From assembly GCA_963668175.1 (NCBI GenBank), contig OY764159.1, positions 2,560,001-2,624,000 of the forward strand: a stretch of DNA of 64,000 nucleotides. Reading direction: 5' to 3'. The first letter of the stretch is position 1. Each line of letters starts with the position of its first letter. The notes under the pieces were generated by a model. The model was given only the letters and a program-made list of their open reading frames with translations. It searched no databases and was not told the DNA's origin. This stretch comes from Syntrophales bacterium. GTDB lineage: Bacteria > Desulfobacterota > Syntrophia > Syntrophales > PHBD01. The position numbers and the translations under genes were made by a program. This document shows positions 8,837 through 18,738 of the stretch, in pieces.

Positions 8837-9841
8837 CTAACGCCGCCCTTTGCCGGACAGCCGGTCGACCATGGCCTTCACCGCCTTCATCTGCAGGCCG
8901 GATTTCTGCGCAAAGTCGTAACGAAAAGTGTAGCCCCACCAGTCCCAGCATCCATTGACGGCCATGCTGCCCGTTTGCGGATACAGGACGACGATGTTGT
9001 TGGTATCCGCCCAACGGTTATAGCCGGTCTTTTCCGCAAACTCCTTGCCGACCGCGATCGCGTTCTGAAAACAGCCGTGGAGGGCGACGTGCAGCCTGCA
9101 GCGCGCCCGTGCCGTGCACGATTTCGGGATATAAAGCCATCCCGTTGCCGCCATGTCGAACCAGGAGACAAAGGGCGTCTGGTCGAATTCCATCAGCTTT
9201 CCGGCCGGCGTGCCGTCGTTGCGCCCGGCCAGATTGCCATACAGGTGCTTGAGTATGGCCCCGGCGAGGTCAAAGCCGCAATTGTTTATGTAAGGCGAGG
9301 CGGTGACGGCGCATTCCCCGCCGAAATCGTCGGTGATCATGGCGTGTCCGGCGGGTATATCGTTCTTGTAGACGATGTTCCCGGCCGGGACGAAGTTCCT
9401 GTAATAATCAAACAGGGCGTTCACGACGTAGGGCATGACGGTTGTGTCTTCCGTGCCGGAGAACAGGTAGACTTTCGACGATCTGAGATTGCCTACGGCG
9501 TCGATGGATTTGCGGGCAGCCCATTGTCTGGTTACATCCACGAGTGACTGCACCGGTATGACGTTGCTGCCGTCTTTCATGCAGCGTGTGACATTCAGAG
9601 GGTTGCCGTCGATGCAATAATACGGCCCGCCGGCGACGATCCCGGCGCCGCGCTTGAACGTGGACGAGTAGGCCACGTGAAGCTGCACGGCCATGAAGCC
9701 GCCGGAGGACAGGCCGGAGACGGTGACCCCGGAAGGATCGATGGCAAGCCTCGGCAACGGATCGGCCGACTGCGCCGTTGCACTCGCGGCGATAAACAGA
9801 AACGTAACGAACACACCGATCTTTTTAAAAGTGTTACGCAT
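8837..9841 (-). CDS. phaZ: Secreted poly(3-hydroxybutyrate) depolymerase-like esterase (catalytic domain only)
   Basis: Signal peptide; VSGLSSGGFMA lipase box; AGGPYYC, G-x-x-D-x-x-V, LHVALHGC, VLYPQ and CWDWWGY motifs. Confidence 0.82.
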   Translation of the reverse strand: MRNTFKKIGVFVTFLFIAASATAQSADPLPRLAIDPSGVTVSGLSSGGFMAVQLHVAYSSTFKRGAGIVAGGPYYCIDGNPLNVTRCMKDGSNVIPVQSLVDVTRQWAARKSIDAVGNLRSSKVYLFSGTEDTTVMPYVVNALFDYYRNFVPAGNIVYKNDIPAGHAMITDDFGGECAVTASPYINNCGFDLAGAILKHLYGNLAGRNDGTPAGKLMEFDQTPFVSWFDMAATGWLYIPKSCTARARCRLHVALHGCFQNAIAVGKEFAEKTGYNRWADTNNIVVLYPQTGSMAVNGCWDWWGYTFRYDFAQKSGLQMKAVKAMVDRLSGKGRR

Positions 9842-10223
9842 CTTGGCCTCCTCACCTGTTCTGTAGCGGAGGAAGTTCGGACTAAAAACGACGGCGACCG
9901 CCTTTAAAACCTCGGTTCGGTACAGGTCGATTTTCGCGGCGATGCAAGCGGATTTACGGGCGGATGAGCTGGAGGAGGAGATTGTGAATTCTGACTTTAA
10001 ATAGGATCTTTGTCAAGACGAAATATGAGCAAAATAAGTCGAAAAATACATGATTGTTCGCTAAAGGTTTGCGAAGGTGTGACGGGGTCGGGTCCGGGCT
10101 CGAATTTACGGATGAGGCCGGCAGAGCGCCGCCGCGGGGGCAGTGTGCCCGCCGGACGTTCGCAAGGCGGGAAAAAGGGACGGCCCTTACTGCGTCGCCG
10201 CGCGGAGAACCGTCCCGCCGGTG

Positions 10224-10700
10224 TTACAGGACGCAGTGCCTCAGGTTCGTGAGCTGGACATAGTGTCTTCGCTCCTCGGCGATGAGGTCGTCGATGGCCT
10301 TGTGGCGCGATTCGGGCACGAGGCGCTTGATGCTTTCGTAGTACTGGATCGAATCGAGCTCCCGCCGGGCGGCGAAGTCGATGGCCGAGCAGGCGTCCCT
10401 GACGGCCGCGAGGTCGGAGTCGATGGCGTTCTTGGTGAAGACGACGTTGTTGTCGATGTAGTTGCGCAGATACTGGGCGTACTCGCCCTGGTAGGACTCC
10501 TGCGGGATGTACTGCTCCATGCCGGCAAAGATCTTGTCGAGCTTTTCCTTATGCTTCATCTCTTCGTCGGCCAGTTCGAAGAAGAGGTCTTTCGCCTCGC
10601 TGTTCTGAACAAGCTGGATGGCGTATTTGTAGAAATGGGCGCCGTTTTCATGGATTCTCGCCGCAAAGGCGACGATTTCGCTCGCAGTAAAGGCGTTCAT
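10224..10700 (-). CDS. Ferritin-like/rubrerythrin-family protein
   Basis: Two ExxH motifs (LADEEMKH, IAEERRH) in a four-helix pattern. Confidence 0.88.
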   Translation of the reverse strand: MNAFTASEIVAFAARIHENGAHFYKYAIQLVQNSEAKDLFFELADEEMKHKEKLDKIFAGMEQYIPQESYQGEYAQYLRNYIDNNVVFTKNAIDSDLAAVRDACSAIDFAARRELDSIQYYESIKRLVPESRHKAIDDLIAEERRHYVQLTNLRHCVL

Positions 10701-10806
10701 GGCGTGCCTCCTTTGTACCGTCGATCGGTCGGGCCATGTCCGGTTACATGTTCCCTGAACCGTTATTTCCGTTTATCTGTTCCGCCCGGGTTTATCCGGG
10801 GGCTTC

Positions 10807-11010
10807 CTATTTTTTCCTGTCCTTCTTTTTCCAGGCCTGGACGGCGAAATAGACGATCAGGCAGACGACGATGAGGATGACGGTCCCCATGTACGGCGGG
10901 CCGGAACCGGCCGCGTCTGTTTTCCCGGACCAAAGGCTGCCGGGGCCGCAGCCCATGGCCGAAAGAGAAAGAACGGAAACGGTCAGTGCGCGCGCAAAGA
11001 GTCTCTTCAT
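10807..11010 (-). CDS. Small lipoprotein with a C-terminal TM helix (67 aa)
   Basis: GAGGTG RBS; MKRLF...SAMGC lipobox; hydrophobic helix and basic tail; true start lies inside ORF 10807..11649. Confidence 0.65.
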   Translation of the reverse strand: MKRLFARALTVSVLSLSAMGCGPGSLWSGKTDAAGSGPPYMGTVILIVVCLIVYFAVQAWKKKDRKK

Positions 11011-11054
11011 AGCTTTCACCTCGCCGAATGAGATATCAGTAACGTATGATTCTA

Positions 11055-11603
11055 TCATCTTTTCGGGTAATTCGTGAAGATGAAATCTCTGGCCTTCACG
11101 ATGGTGTGGCATTGGTGGCACTGCTGCGCAAAGTCCGGATTGTCGGCCGCCCATGGCGAAAAGGCGGATACTTTGGGGTCGTAGACGAAGCGCGCGTATC
11201 CCCAGCCGTTTGTGGCGGGAAAGCGCTTCGCATCCTTGATGATGTACTCGACCCGCCTCAACTCCCCCGGCTCCCACGCGGCGGGGAAGACGGGGCTCTG
11301 TATTTCGGCCCAGGCGATCTTCACGATCTTGACGCCGTCGGGGAAGGGCCGGCCGTTGCCTGGTATCCCGGATTTGTAGGCCGCGATCATCTCCGGGTTG
11401 CCGAGGATGGTCCGAAGCTCGCCGACATCCGTCCGGCGGCTGACGGCGATCACCTGCCAGGTCTCGTAACCCCGGATTTCGGAGAAGGCGAGCCCGTTCG
11501 GTTCCTTCAGTTCGTAACGGTCCTGCGCCGGGATGGCATTCCTGATCCACATGGCAAGAATGGCGACAAACACGACCGCGGCAAAGAATCCTGCTTTTCT
11601 CAT
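11055..11603 (-). CDS. Cytochrome P460/c'-beta family protein
   Basis: Signal peptide; PFPDGVKIVK, GWGYARF and C-terminal CHQCH...DFIFT. Confidence 0.85.
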   Translation of the reverse strand: MRKAGFFAAVVFVAILAMWIRNAIPAQDRYELKEPNGLAFSEIRGYETWQVIAVSRRTDVGELRTILGNPEMIAAYKSGIPGNGRPFPDGVKIVKIAWAEIQSPVFPAAWEPGELRRVEYIIKDAKRFPATNGWGYARFVYDPKVSAFSPWAADNPDFAQQCHQCHTIVKARDFIFTNYPKR

Positions 11604-11652
11604 GGTCCCGAGTTCCTTTCGTTGTCGATAAGGGTTGATGACCGTCCATCTC

Positions 11653-13821
11653 TCAATCCCGCAGGGCCTTGCCGATCCTTGCCAGGACCGTCTTCTGACG
11701 CTGCGACAGGGGCGCTTCCGCGGAAACGATGCGCCTGGCGACCGCCAGGGCGGTCCTGCGCTCTTCCGGCGTCGTAATCAGGCTCCCGAGCGACCGGAAG
11801 GCCGTGTCCGCATCCGCCTGTAATAAGCGCGACTGATCCCTGGCCATGTCGATAAAGGTCTGCTTGTCCAGTTTGCCGAAGCCCGCCCCCGCTTCCAGAA
11901 GCCTCTCGTCGCGCCAGAGGGCGTCGCGGTCGATGACATGGTCCGAATCCTCCAGGGCCATAACGATGCGCACGAGTCCTTCTTCAAACCCTCCCCGGGT
12001 CATGGCCTGGAGCCGGTAACGCTTGTCGAACGGGGTATCGATGCGTGCCTCCTCCCCTTTCGTTTTCTTTTGCGCCAGAGCCGGCCGCTCGATCCCGGGC
12101 GACAGGCCGGCGAGGGCCCGCTTCGTCCAGGGATTTTCGTAGAGGGCGAAGAAAAGGGCCTCCTCGGCGTGATCCCGGACGTCCTGATAGACGCCGCAGA
12201 GGGCGGCGATATTGTCCGAAGCGAATTTCTCCAGGGCGGAAAAGTAGTTATCCGCCGAAGCGGGGCGTCGGTTATGCTTCACCGCCGGAGCCAGGGCGGC
12301 GAAGACCGTCATGAAGGGATTGACGGTATCCGCAAAGACGTACTTGCTCACCCGGAGGGGATGGATCTGTTTCAGGAATGCCGCCGACGACTCGGTGGCA
12401 AACGTCCGGACCCAGGGGCCGACGAACGTGTTGTAGAGCCTGTCGTTGATCTCGGAGACGGCCGCAACCCGGGCGAAGTCCGCGTCCTCCTCCGCCATCT
12501 CCGTCTTGTCCTCGTTCAGGGCCATGAGATCGCTGATATCGCGTTCGACGAAGCGGACGTCGTAATCGCTCAATCCTTCCTTCTTCCCCTTGTCGACGAT
12601 CTCCATCTCAAAAAGGCCGGGCGGCAGGGCCTCGACCATGTCGATGCTCCTGATGATCTCCATGTGCTCCTTCTGCGCCGTCTTGGCCCCGACGAAGATG
12701 CCCAGGTGGCCGACGGTGGGATGCAGCATGTAGACGATTACCCTGCCTGCACGCCTGATCTCGTCGGTCGTGCGGTAGGCCTTGATGATCCAGTCCAGGG
12801 CCTGCTGGGGCGGTGTGATGTTGTCGCCCTCGGAGGCGAAGAGGATCATGGGCCGCTCGATATTCCTGAGGTCTAGGATCTTCTTCCTGTCGAGCGAAAG
12901 CTTCCCTCTCTCCAGCTTGTTGCCGATAAAGAGATTCTCCACGATGGCGTGCATCTCTTCCCGTGTCATTTCGGAATAGCCGTCCCACCATTTCTCGAAA
13001 GTGAGGTAGCGTTCCTCCTCGGTGTCCACGTGTGCATAGAGATCGTACTGCTTCGTCCAGAACGTGTTGCCGGGGTTGAGGCTTTCGAAGTTCTCCTCCA
13101 GCCAGGCGCCGTCGAAGCGGCCGTGGCCGAGGTCCGACAGAAACGAGACGAGCCAGGCGCCGCCGAGGAGCCCTCCGGCGTAACGCATGGGGTTCCTGCC
13201 CTGGACGCCGGCCCAGTAGGAGAGGGGCGAACCGTTCAGGACGAGCGGACCGGTCAGGTCGGGACGGTCGGCGCCGAGGAGTGCCACGGCCCAGCCGGCC
13301 TGGCAGTTGCCGATCACCGCCGGCTTTTCCGCATGGGGATGGCGCCTGGCGACCTCCTCGACGAAGCGGACCTCTGCCTGCTCGACATCCGCCACCGTCT
13401 GCCCCGGCACCGGCTCAGGATGGAAAAGGACGAAGTAAACCGGGTGGCCCTGCGCCAGGGCGTCGCCGATCTCAGAATCGCGCTTGGAGCCGCCGATGCC
13501 CGGTCCGTTTCCCGCCCGGGGGTCGATGACGACGATGGGCCGCCGGTTGGGATCGAGAGCGTCCGTGTTCCTCGGCAGGATGCGGGCCAGGTCGTGGTTC
13601 ACGGGACGCGGGAGGGTCCGGCCGTCCATGACGACTTCGTAGTCGAAGACAAGGACCGGCGGTTCTCCCTTCCTTATCGTGTCGAAATAGTTGTTCCCTC
13701 GCCTGCGTAGGATGTCGAGGAAAAGTATCCAGCGTTGCGAGGCATCGAACAGATAGGCGCACCCATCGGCCAGCGGATTTGCGGCGGCAGGCGTCTCCTG
13801 CGATTTCTCTTTTACGTTCAC
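11653..13821 (-). CDS. DUF3141 family alpha/beta-hydrolase (PHA synthase/depolymerase-related)
   Basis: VIDPRAG-x-GPGIGG, IGNCQAGW nucleophile elbow, GDNITPPQQAL, GHLGIFV. Confidence 0.88.
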   Translation of the reverse strand: MNVKEKSQETPAAANPLADGCAYLFDASQRWILFLDILRRRGNNYFDTIRKGEPPVLVFDYEVVMDGRTLPRPVNHDLARILPRNTDALDPNRRPIVVIDPRAGNGPGIGGSKRDSEIGDALAQGHPVYFVLFHPEPVPGQTVADVEQAEVRFVEEVARRHPHAEKPAVIGNCQAGWAVALLGADRPDLTGPLVLNGSPLSYWAGVQGRNPMRYAGGLLGGAWLVSFLSDLGHGRFDGAWLEENFESLNPGNTFWTKQYDLYAHVDTEEERYLTFEKWWDGYSEMTREEMHAIVENLFIGNKLERGKLSLDRKKILDLRNIERPMILFASEGDNITPPQQALDWIIKAYRTTDEIRRAGRVIVYMLHPTVGHLGIFVGAKTAQKEHMEIIRSIDMVEALPPGLFEMEIVDKGKKEGLSDYDVRFVERDISDLMALNEDKTEMAEEDADFARVAAVSEINDRLYNTFVGPWVRTFATESSAAFLKQIHPLRVSKYVFADTVNPFMTVFAALAPAVKHNRRPASADNYFSALEKFASDNIAALCGVYQDVRDHAEEALFFALYENPWTKRALAGLSPGIERPALAQKKTKGEEARIDTPFDKRYRLQAMTRGGFEEGLVRIVMALEDSDHVIDRDALWRDERLLEAGAGFGKLDKQTFIDMARDQSRLLQADADTAFRSLGSLITTPEERRTALAVARRIVSAEAPLSQRQKTVLARIGKALRD

Positions 13822-13870
13822 GGTATCCTCCCGCTACAGCGTCATGCCGTCAGGCGCGCCTTCCGCGCGT

Positions 13871-14215
13871 CTACCCTTCCAGGTCTTTCTTCATACGCTC
13901 GAATTCTTCCCGGGTGATTTCCCCCTTGGCGTAACGGCGCTTCAGGATGTCCATGGGACGTTCCTGCTGCGTCGACAGCGGGCTCTTTCCCGTCCGGGAC
14001 TGCACGATGAAGTAGATCAGAAGTCCAAGGACAACCAGGAATACGATCCACATGAACATTCCTCCATATCCGTAACCGAACCCGTAATGCATCATCGGCC
14101 CCCAGCCGCCGGGACCGCCCGGGCCCGGCGGACCGTAAGCGCCCGGGCCGCAGGACGCAATCAGTCCGCTCATCGGCAGGAACGACAGCGCAATCGATTT
14201 CTTCATTTGTCTCAT
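13871..14215 (-). CDS. SHOCT-domain membrane lipoprotein
   Basis: LIASC lipobox; Gly/Met-rich linker; TM helix; ILKRRYAKGEITREEFERMK SHOCT motif. Confidence 0.85.
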   Translation of the reverse strand: MRQMKKSIALSFLPMSGLIASCGPGAYGPPGPGGPGGWGPMMHYGFGYGYGGMFMWIVFLVVLGLLIYFIVQSRTGKSPLSTQQERPMDILKRRYAKGEITREEFERMKKDLEG

Positions 14216-14219
14216 GTCC

Positions 14220-14369
14220 TTATCCGCGGCCGCCGCCGCCCGTCATACCGGGCCCCATGCCGCAGCCGCAGTCGTAATCTCCCCCGGCGGATTGATCTTG
14301 CGCCGCCGCGGGCAGGAAGAAGAACGCCGAGGCCATCGCCACGGAAACGACGATAACGAGCTTTTTCAT
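14220..14369 (-). CDS. Small exported Gly/Met/Cys-rich peptide (49 aa)
   Basis: AGGAAG RBS; MKKLVIVVSVAMASAFFFLPAAA signal then QDQSAGGDYDCGCGMGPGMTGGGGRG; stop overlaps the RBS of the SHOCT gene; below the ORF-track cutoff. Confidence 0.6.
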   Translation of the reverse strand: MKKLVIVVSVAMASAFFFLPAAAQDQSAGGDYDCGCGMGPGMTGGGGRG

Positions 14370-14510
14370 GTGCACTTCCTTGTCTGCGGGCCTCCGCGTG
14401 CATCCTTTCTCCGTCCGTGCCCTGCGGGCCGCGGCCGCCGTCTCCGCATCAGACGACGACCGCAGCGGACAGGGTGAGGAAGAAAGAATTCCTGCAACGG
14501 CCGGCTCCTC

Positions 14511-14900
14511 TCACCATACGGCTTCGAATACGTGCTTCAGTTTGCGTTCGACCTCTGTCGCGACCCGCCTTAGTTCCATATTGTCTATCGCCCCCATGGT
14601 TCTGGTAGGCCTGATGATGGACAGAATCGTTTTTCCGCCGTTTTCATAGAGGATGACATTGCATGGAAACAGGAGGCCTGCGTTCTCGTCCGCCTGGAGC
14701 GCCCGGTAGGCGAAGGGCGGGTTGCACGTACCGAGGATGAGGTATTTCCTGAAGCCGATCTCCAGCTTTTCCCTGAAAATCTCCCTGACGTCGAGCTTTG
14801 ACAGTATCTCAAACCCTTCCTTATGAAGGGCTTCCCGTACCATGGTTCCCGCCTTCTCATACGGGAGATTCAATTCCTTGGTATATCCGTAGTCGCTCAC
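14511..14900 (-). CDS. DUF302 family protein
   Basis: EGF-x-IL...Y-x-ILGTCNP-x-x-A...GLLFPCNV motif. Confidence 0.88.
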   Translation of the reverse strand: MSDYGYTKELNLPYEKAGTMVREALHKEGFEILSKLDVREIFREKLEIGFRKYLILGTCNPPFAYRALQADENAGLLFPCNVILYENGGKTILSIIRPTRTMGAIDNMELRRVATEVERKLKHVFEAVW

Positions 14901-15244
14901 CGTTCCCCCTTAGCGACCGTTTTCGCTCCGCCCAAAGCTGGGCATGGCTTCGATCATACTTCATAAATATGATGCCTGGTGCCAGCGATGGCAATGAGGG
15001 TTTATTGGCTGAATAGCAGTAGCGAGAAACAACCACTGCCGCCGGACGAAAAACAGGGAGATACAGTACAAGTTGCCGGACTTCCCGCCGAATAAACCGC
15101 CGATCTGGTCCTCTGTTGATTTCCGGGACATTTGGGCGTATGGATAAATGGCTGCTTCCCGGGCGATGAGCCGCCCCGGGAAAGGACTTCATGCTAAGAA
15201 CACCCCGGGTGTTCCTCCGGGAAGGATCGACAGACGAGGTTGAG

Positions 15245-15958
15245 ATGAAAACGGAAAAAAAGAAGATGATGTCGACAAAGGATGTGCCGCCCCAATGCGC
15301 TTTTTGCGGCATCGATGTGAAGCTTTGCCGGTCTGAAGAGGGGACGGGACCCGGGTTCTGCCCGACGAGAAACAAGGGGGAGATCGTCGAGGCGTCCCTG
15401 GCCAAGTACAGGAAGCGAGGCACCATGCGCTTCGCCAGATCCGCCTCCCTCCAGGAGGCCGAGTGCTACGACCGCCGGGACGAAAAGCCCTTCGTGATGC
15501 GCCCGGTCAGGACCCGCGTGGAAGAGATCGTCGAGTTCGCCGGGAGGATGGAATACAAGAAGCTGGGAGTGGCGTTCTGCATCGGACTCATGCAGGAGGC
15601 CAACACCTTTGTCCGAATACTCAGAAAGAACGGCTTCGAGACCGTCTCCGTCTGCTGCAAGGCGGGCGGCGTGCCCAAAGAATTCCTGGGCCTTGGCGAG
15701 GACGAGAAGGTGAGGATAGGCGCTTACGAGACGATGTGCAACCCCATCGCCCAGGCGGATATCCTGAACGACGCCGGGACCGATTTCAACATCCTGATCG
15801 GGCTCTGCGTAGGGCACGACTCCCTTTTCTTCAGGCACGCCAAGGCCATGACGACCGTCCTTATCGCCAAGGACCGGGTGCTGGGCCATAATCCCGCCGC
15901 GGCGCTCTACGGGGCAACGGGGTACTTCCAGCGACTGATGCATCCGGACAAGGACTAG
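15245..15958 (+). CDS. DUF1847 family Cys-rich metal-binding protein
   Basis: TRVEE, KKLGVAFCIGL, SVCCK, MCNPIAQA, GLCVGHDSLF and KDRVLGHNP motifs. Confidence 0.88.
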   Translation: MKTEKKKMMSTKDVPPQCAFCGIDVKLCRSEEGTGPGFCPTRNKGEIVEASLAKYRKRGTMRFARSASLQEAECYDRRDEKPFVMRPVRTRVEEIVEFAGRMEYKKLGVAFCIGLMQEANTFVRILRKNGFETVSVCCKAGGVPKEFLGLGEDEKVRIGAYETMCNPIAQADILNDAGTDFNILIGLCVGHDSLFFRHAKAMTTVLIAKDRVLGHNPAAALYGATGYFQRLMHPDKD

Positions 15959-16085
15959 CAGTCTGTTGAAAAACGCCCATCTGTCGCTTGCCCCCTTCAG
16001 GGGGCATGGCCTGTGCGCCCCCTGCATAGGGGGCCGCGCCCCCCGAATGGGGGGTTCAAAATCGAGTTTTTCAACAAGTCGTTAG
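15956..16085. mobile_element. MITE-like element, copy 2 (internally deleted, three hairpin inserts)
   Basis: TAGCAGTCTGTTGAAAAACGCCCATCTGTCGC...AATCGAGTTTTTCAACAAGTCGTTAG; its first TAG is the DUF1847 stop codon. Confidence 0.78.
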
Positions 16086-16137
16086 AAGGTATAGGGGTGT
16101 CTCCGGATATCCGGGCGGTTATAGATAGGGACGGATG

Positions 16138-16986
16138 TCAGGAACGGCGGGCGACGGCGGCGAATTCGCTTGCCCGCGGGTCGTAAGGGGCCCCGGCGAC
16201 GTCGGCGTACCGCTCCGCTACGGTCAGGCCGCAGGCCGCGAATTCCCTTTCCATGTCCTCCGGGGCGAAATACTGAAGCCAGTTGTACACGGTGCGCGTG
16301 CGTTCCCGTTCGAAAATGGTATATCGATCGAGCACGACCCTGACGTCGTCGTACTTGAAAGTGTGAAGGAAGCCGTAATACGGCTCGGGCGACCAGAAAC
16401 CGTCCAGGAGGTTCGGCTCGAAACCGGTTGCCTCTTTGCGCTCGCCGAAGGCCGCCAGGGAATAGGCGTCGAGAAGGACGGCCCCCGACGGCTTGAGAAG
16501 TTTTCGGAACTTGGCGAGCATCGTTCGTCTCCGGTCCGGACCGAGGGCGCAGAAGTCGCACATGATCATGACGATCAGGTCGAAGCGGCTTTCCGTGTCG
16601 AATTCGAGATAGTCTTCGTTTATGTAGCGGATGTCCAGGCCTTCCTTCGCGGCGGTCTCCCGGGCGTAGGCGATGGAACGGGGCGAGAAGTCGATGCCTG
16701 TCACGCGCGCCCCTTTCCGGGCCAGCCTCGTCGTGTAAAGCCCCGGCCCGCAGCCGAAGTCGGCGATGTCCGTCCCCGGGCCGATGCGGAAACGGGAGGC
16801 GATCCAGGCGGCCGATGCGTCGATGAATGCGCCGTTTCGAGACGACATGTCGCACGTTTCGTCCAGGTGGAAGGCGAGCATCTTCTGCGACGTGTATTCG
16901 TCCGTCCAGAGGTCCTTCGTCGTATAAAATTCAAACGGCTTCGGCCGCCGGTTCATTTCGTCAAGTGCCTCAAAAATATCGGTCAT
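16138..16986 (-). CDS. Class I SAM-dependent methyltransferase
   Basis: ADFGCGPG motif I; VTGIDFS motif. Confidence 0.9.
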   Translation of the reverse strand: MTDIFEALDEMNRRPKPFEFYTTKDLWTDEYTSQKMLAFHLDETCDMSSRNGAFIDASAAWIASRFRIGPGTDIADFGCGPGLYTTRLARKGARVTGIDFSPRSIAYARETAAKEGLDIRYINEDYLEFDTESRFDLIVMIMCDFCALGPDRRRTMLAKFRKLLKPSGAVLLDAYSLAAFGERKEATGFEPNLLDGFWSPEPYYGFLHTFKYDDVRVVLDRYTIFERERTRTVYNWLQYFAPEDMEREFAACGLTVAERYADVAGAPYDPRASEFAAVARRS

Positions 16987-17461
16987 CGTTTTTTCATCCT
17001 GTCGTGTCGTTGCGGTGTGTCTGATGCCCCCAATACCGGGGTTTGCCCGCCTTTTGCGTTCCGTTTTTCCATCTGCAATCCGTATCAGAAAAAGGCGGTT
17101 CCCGCCACCGATATCCGTTCACGATATCCGTTCACGACACATGGCCGCGCCTGCGTTCCGCCGGACTATTTAGGGATTTTCCCTGCGTTGCGGGTTCGCC
17201 GCATCGACCGAACATCCCGCAGGCGCGGGGTTGATCTTACGGCCGGAATGGTGTATCGGAAGGCCCGTGCCGTGCCGCCGCTGCCGGACAGGATTTCACA
17301 GTGACATAACGGGCGATTTATGTTAAATAAGACATAGCGATTGTCCTGCGGCGGTGGGAGGACTTGATACAATGATTTCTTGCCGGGTGCGCTGCGGCCT
17401 GAACGGGCCGTTGCTGCATCGGGTATTCATAGAAGAAACAAGGATATCAAGGAGGTTCATC

Positions 17462-18310
17462 ATGAAGAAAGCGGGAGTGGTGGGCGCAGGCACCATGGGT
17501 TCGCAGATAGCCATCGTCTTTGCGGACGGCGGCCTGGATACCTATCTCTACGACCTCACGGTCGACCGGCTCGATCAGGCCCGGCAGAGCATCAGCCATC
17601 ACCTGGAACGCCGGGTTTCCAAGGGCAAGCGCACATCCGCCAACCGGAGGGACATCATGTCCCGGATCCGGACGACGGCATCCCTCTCCGATCTGGCCGA
17701 CGCGGACATCGTTGTCGAGGCCGTCTTCGAGGACCTGGACACGAAGCAGGCGGTGTTCGGCGACCTCGACCGCGTGTGCGCACCCAAGACCATCTTCGCC
17801 ACGAACACGACCGCCCTCAGCGTCAGCGAAATCGCGTCGGCGACGAAACGCGCGGACCGCTGCATCGGGACCCATTTTCTCATCCCGGCGCCGCAATGCT
17901 CCCTCGTCGAGGTGAGCCGCGGATTGGACACGTCGGACGAAACCCACAACGCCGTGGTCGAGATTCTCAAGACCTGCGGGAAGGAGACGGTGACGTTCGT
18001 CGACGAGCCGGCCTTCGTCATCAACCGCCTTTATATGCCGTTCCTCAACGAGGCGTTTCTCCTGCTCCAGGAGGGCGTGGGGACGGCGGAGGAGATCGAC
18101 AAGGCCTGCGAACAGGGTTTGGGGCTTCCCGTCGGCCCGTTCAAGGCGGCCGACGCGTCGGGGCTCGACTACGTCTACAAATGCCTCAAGAGTCTCCAGT
18201 ACCAGCTGGGCGACAAGTACCGCCCGGCCCCGCTGCTCTCGAAGCTCGTGAAAGTCGGCAGGCTCGGTGAGAAGGCCGGCCGGGGCGTCTACGACTACCG
18301 GAAATCGTGA
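17462..18310 (+). CDS. 3-hydroxyacyl-CoA (3-hydroxybutyryl-CoA-like) dehydrogenase
   Basis: GVVGAGTMG Rossmann motif; VVEAVFE, ATNT, GTHF, FVINR and G-x-LG-x-KAG-x-G-x-Y motifs; AGGAGG RBS. Confidence 0.92.
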   Translation: MKKAGVVGAGTMGSQIAIVFADGGLDTYLYDLTVDRLDQARQSISHHLERRVSKGKRTSANRRDIMSRIRTTASLSDLADADIVVEAVFEDLDTKQAVFGDLDRVCAPKTIFATNTTALSVSEIASATKRADRCIGTHFLIPAPQCSLVEVSRGLDTSDETHNAVVEILKTCGKETVTFVDEPAFVINRLYMPFLNEAFLLLQEGVGTAEEIDKACEQGLGLPVGPFKAADASGLDYVYKCLKSLQYQLGDKYRPAPLLSKLVKVGRLGEKAGRGVYDYRKS

Positions 18311-18407
18311 CGCCGGGCGGGATCGTTCGTCGATCGTATGCCGATGCACGCGGGCAGCCGTATTCAGGCGACCGGCGGAAAATCGGAAACATATAAAGAC
18401 TTTTGAG

Positions 18408-18433
18408 AAGGCCGCCTTCCCGGGCGGCTTTTT
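18408..18433 (+). terminator. Rho-independent terminator
   Basis: GCCGCC-TTCCCG-GGCGGC followed by TTTTT. Confidence 0.7.
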
Positions 18434-18738
18434 CGTTTCCTCCTTGCGTCCCGCCTGCGGCCATCCCGCCGGAAATCAGCACAAGCCGCGTCTCTGCGGG
18501 TGCCTTTCGAAGATTGTGATGAAGCGGTCCGCCGCATTGCCTTCCGTTGGCTGGATATGAAGTATCCGACTGGGTATTAAAACTGGATACGAAGTATCCG
18601 GATTGGCGCGGCCGAAATACCTCCTCCCGAGATTCCCGATAGCTAATAGTCACTATAAACGGCGAGATAGCTCTCCCGGAAAAATGTGGCATGTTCTTTG
18701 TAATTTGTCGGCGCAAGGATATGACAGGAGGTGTCGTT

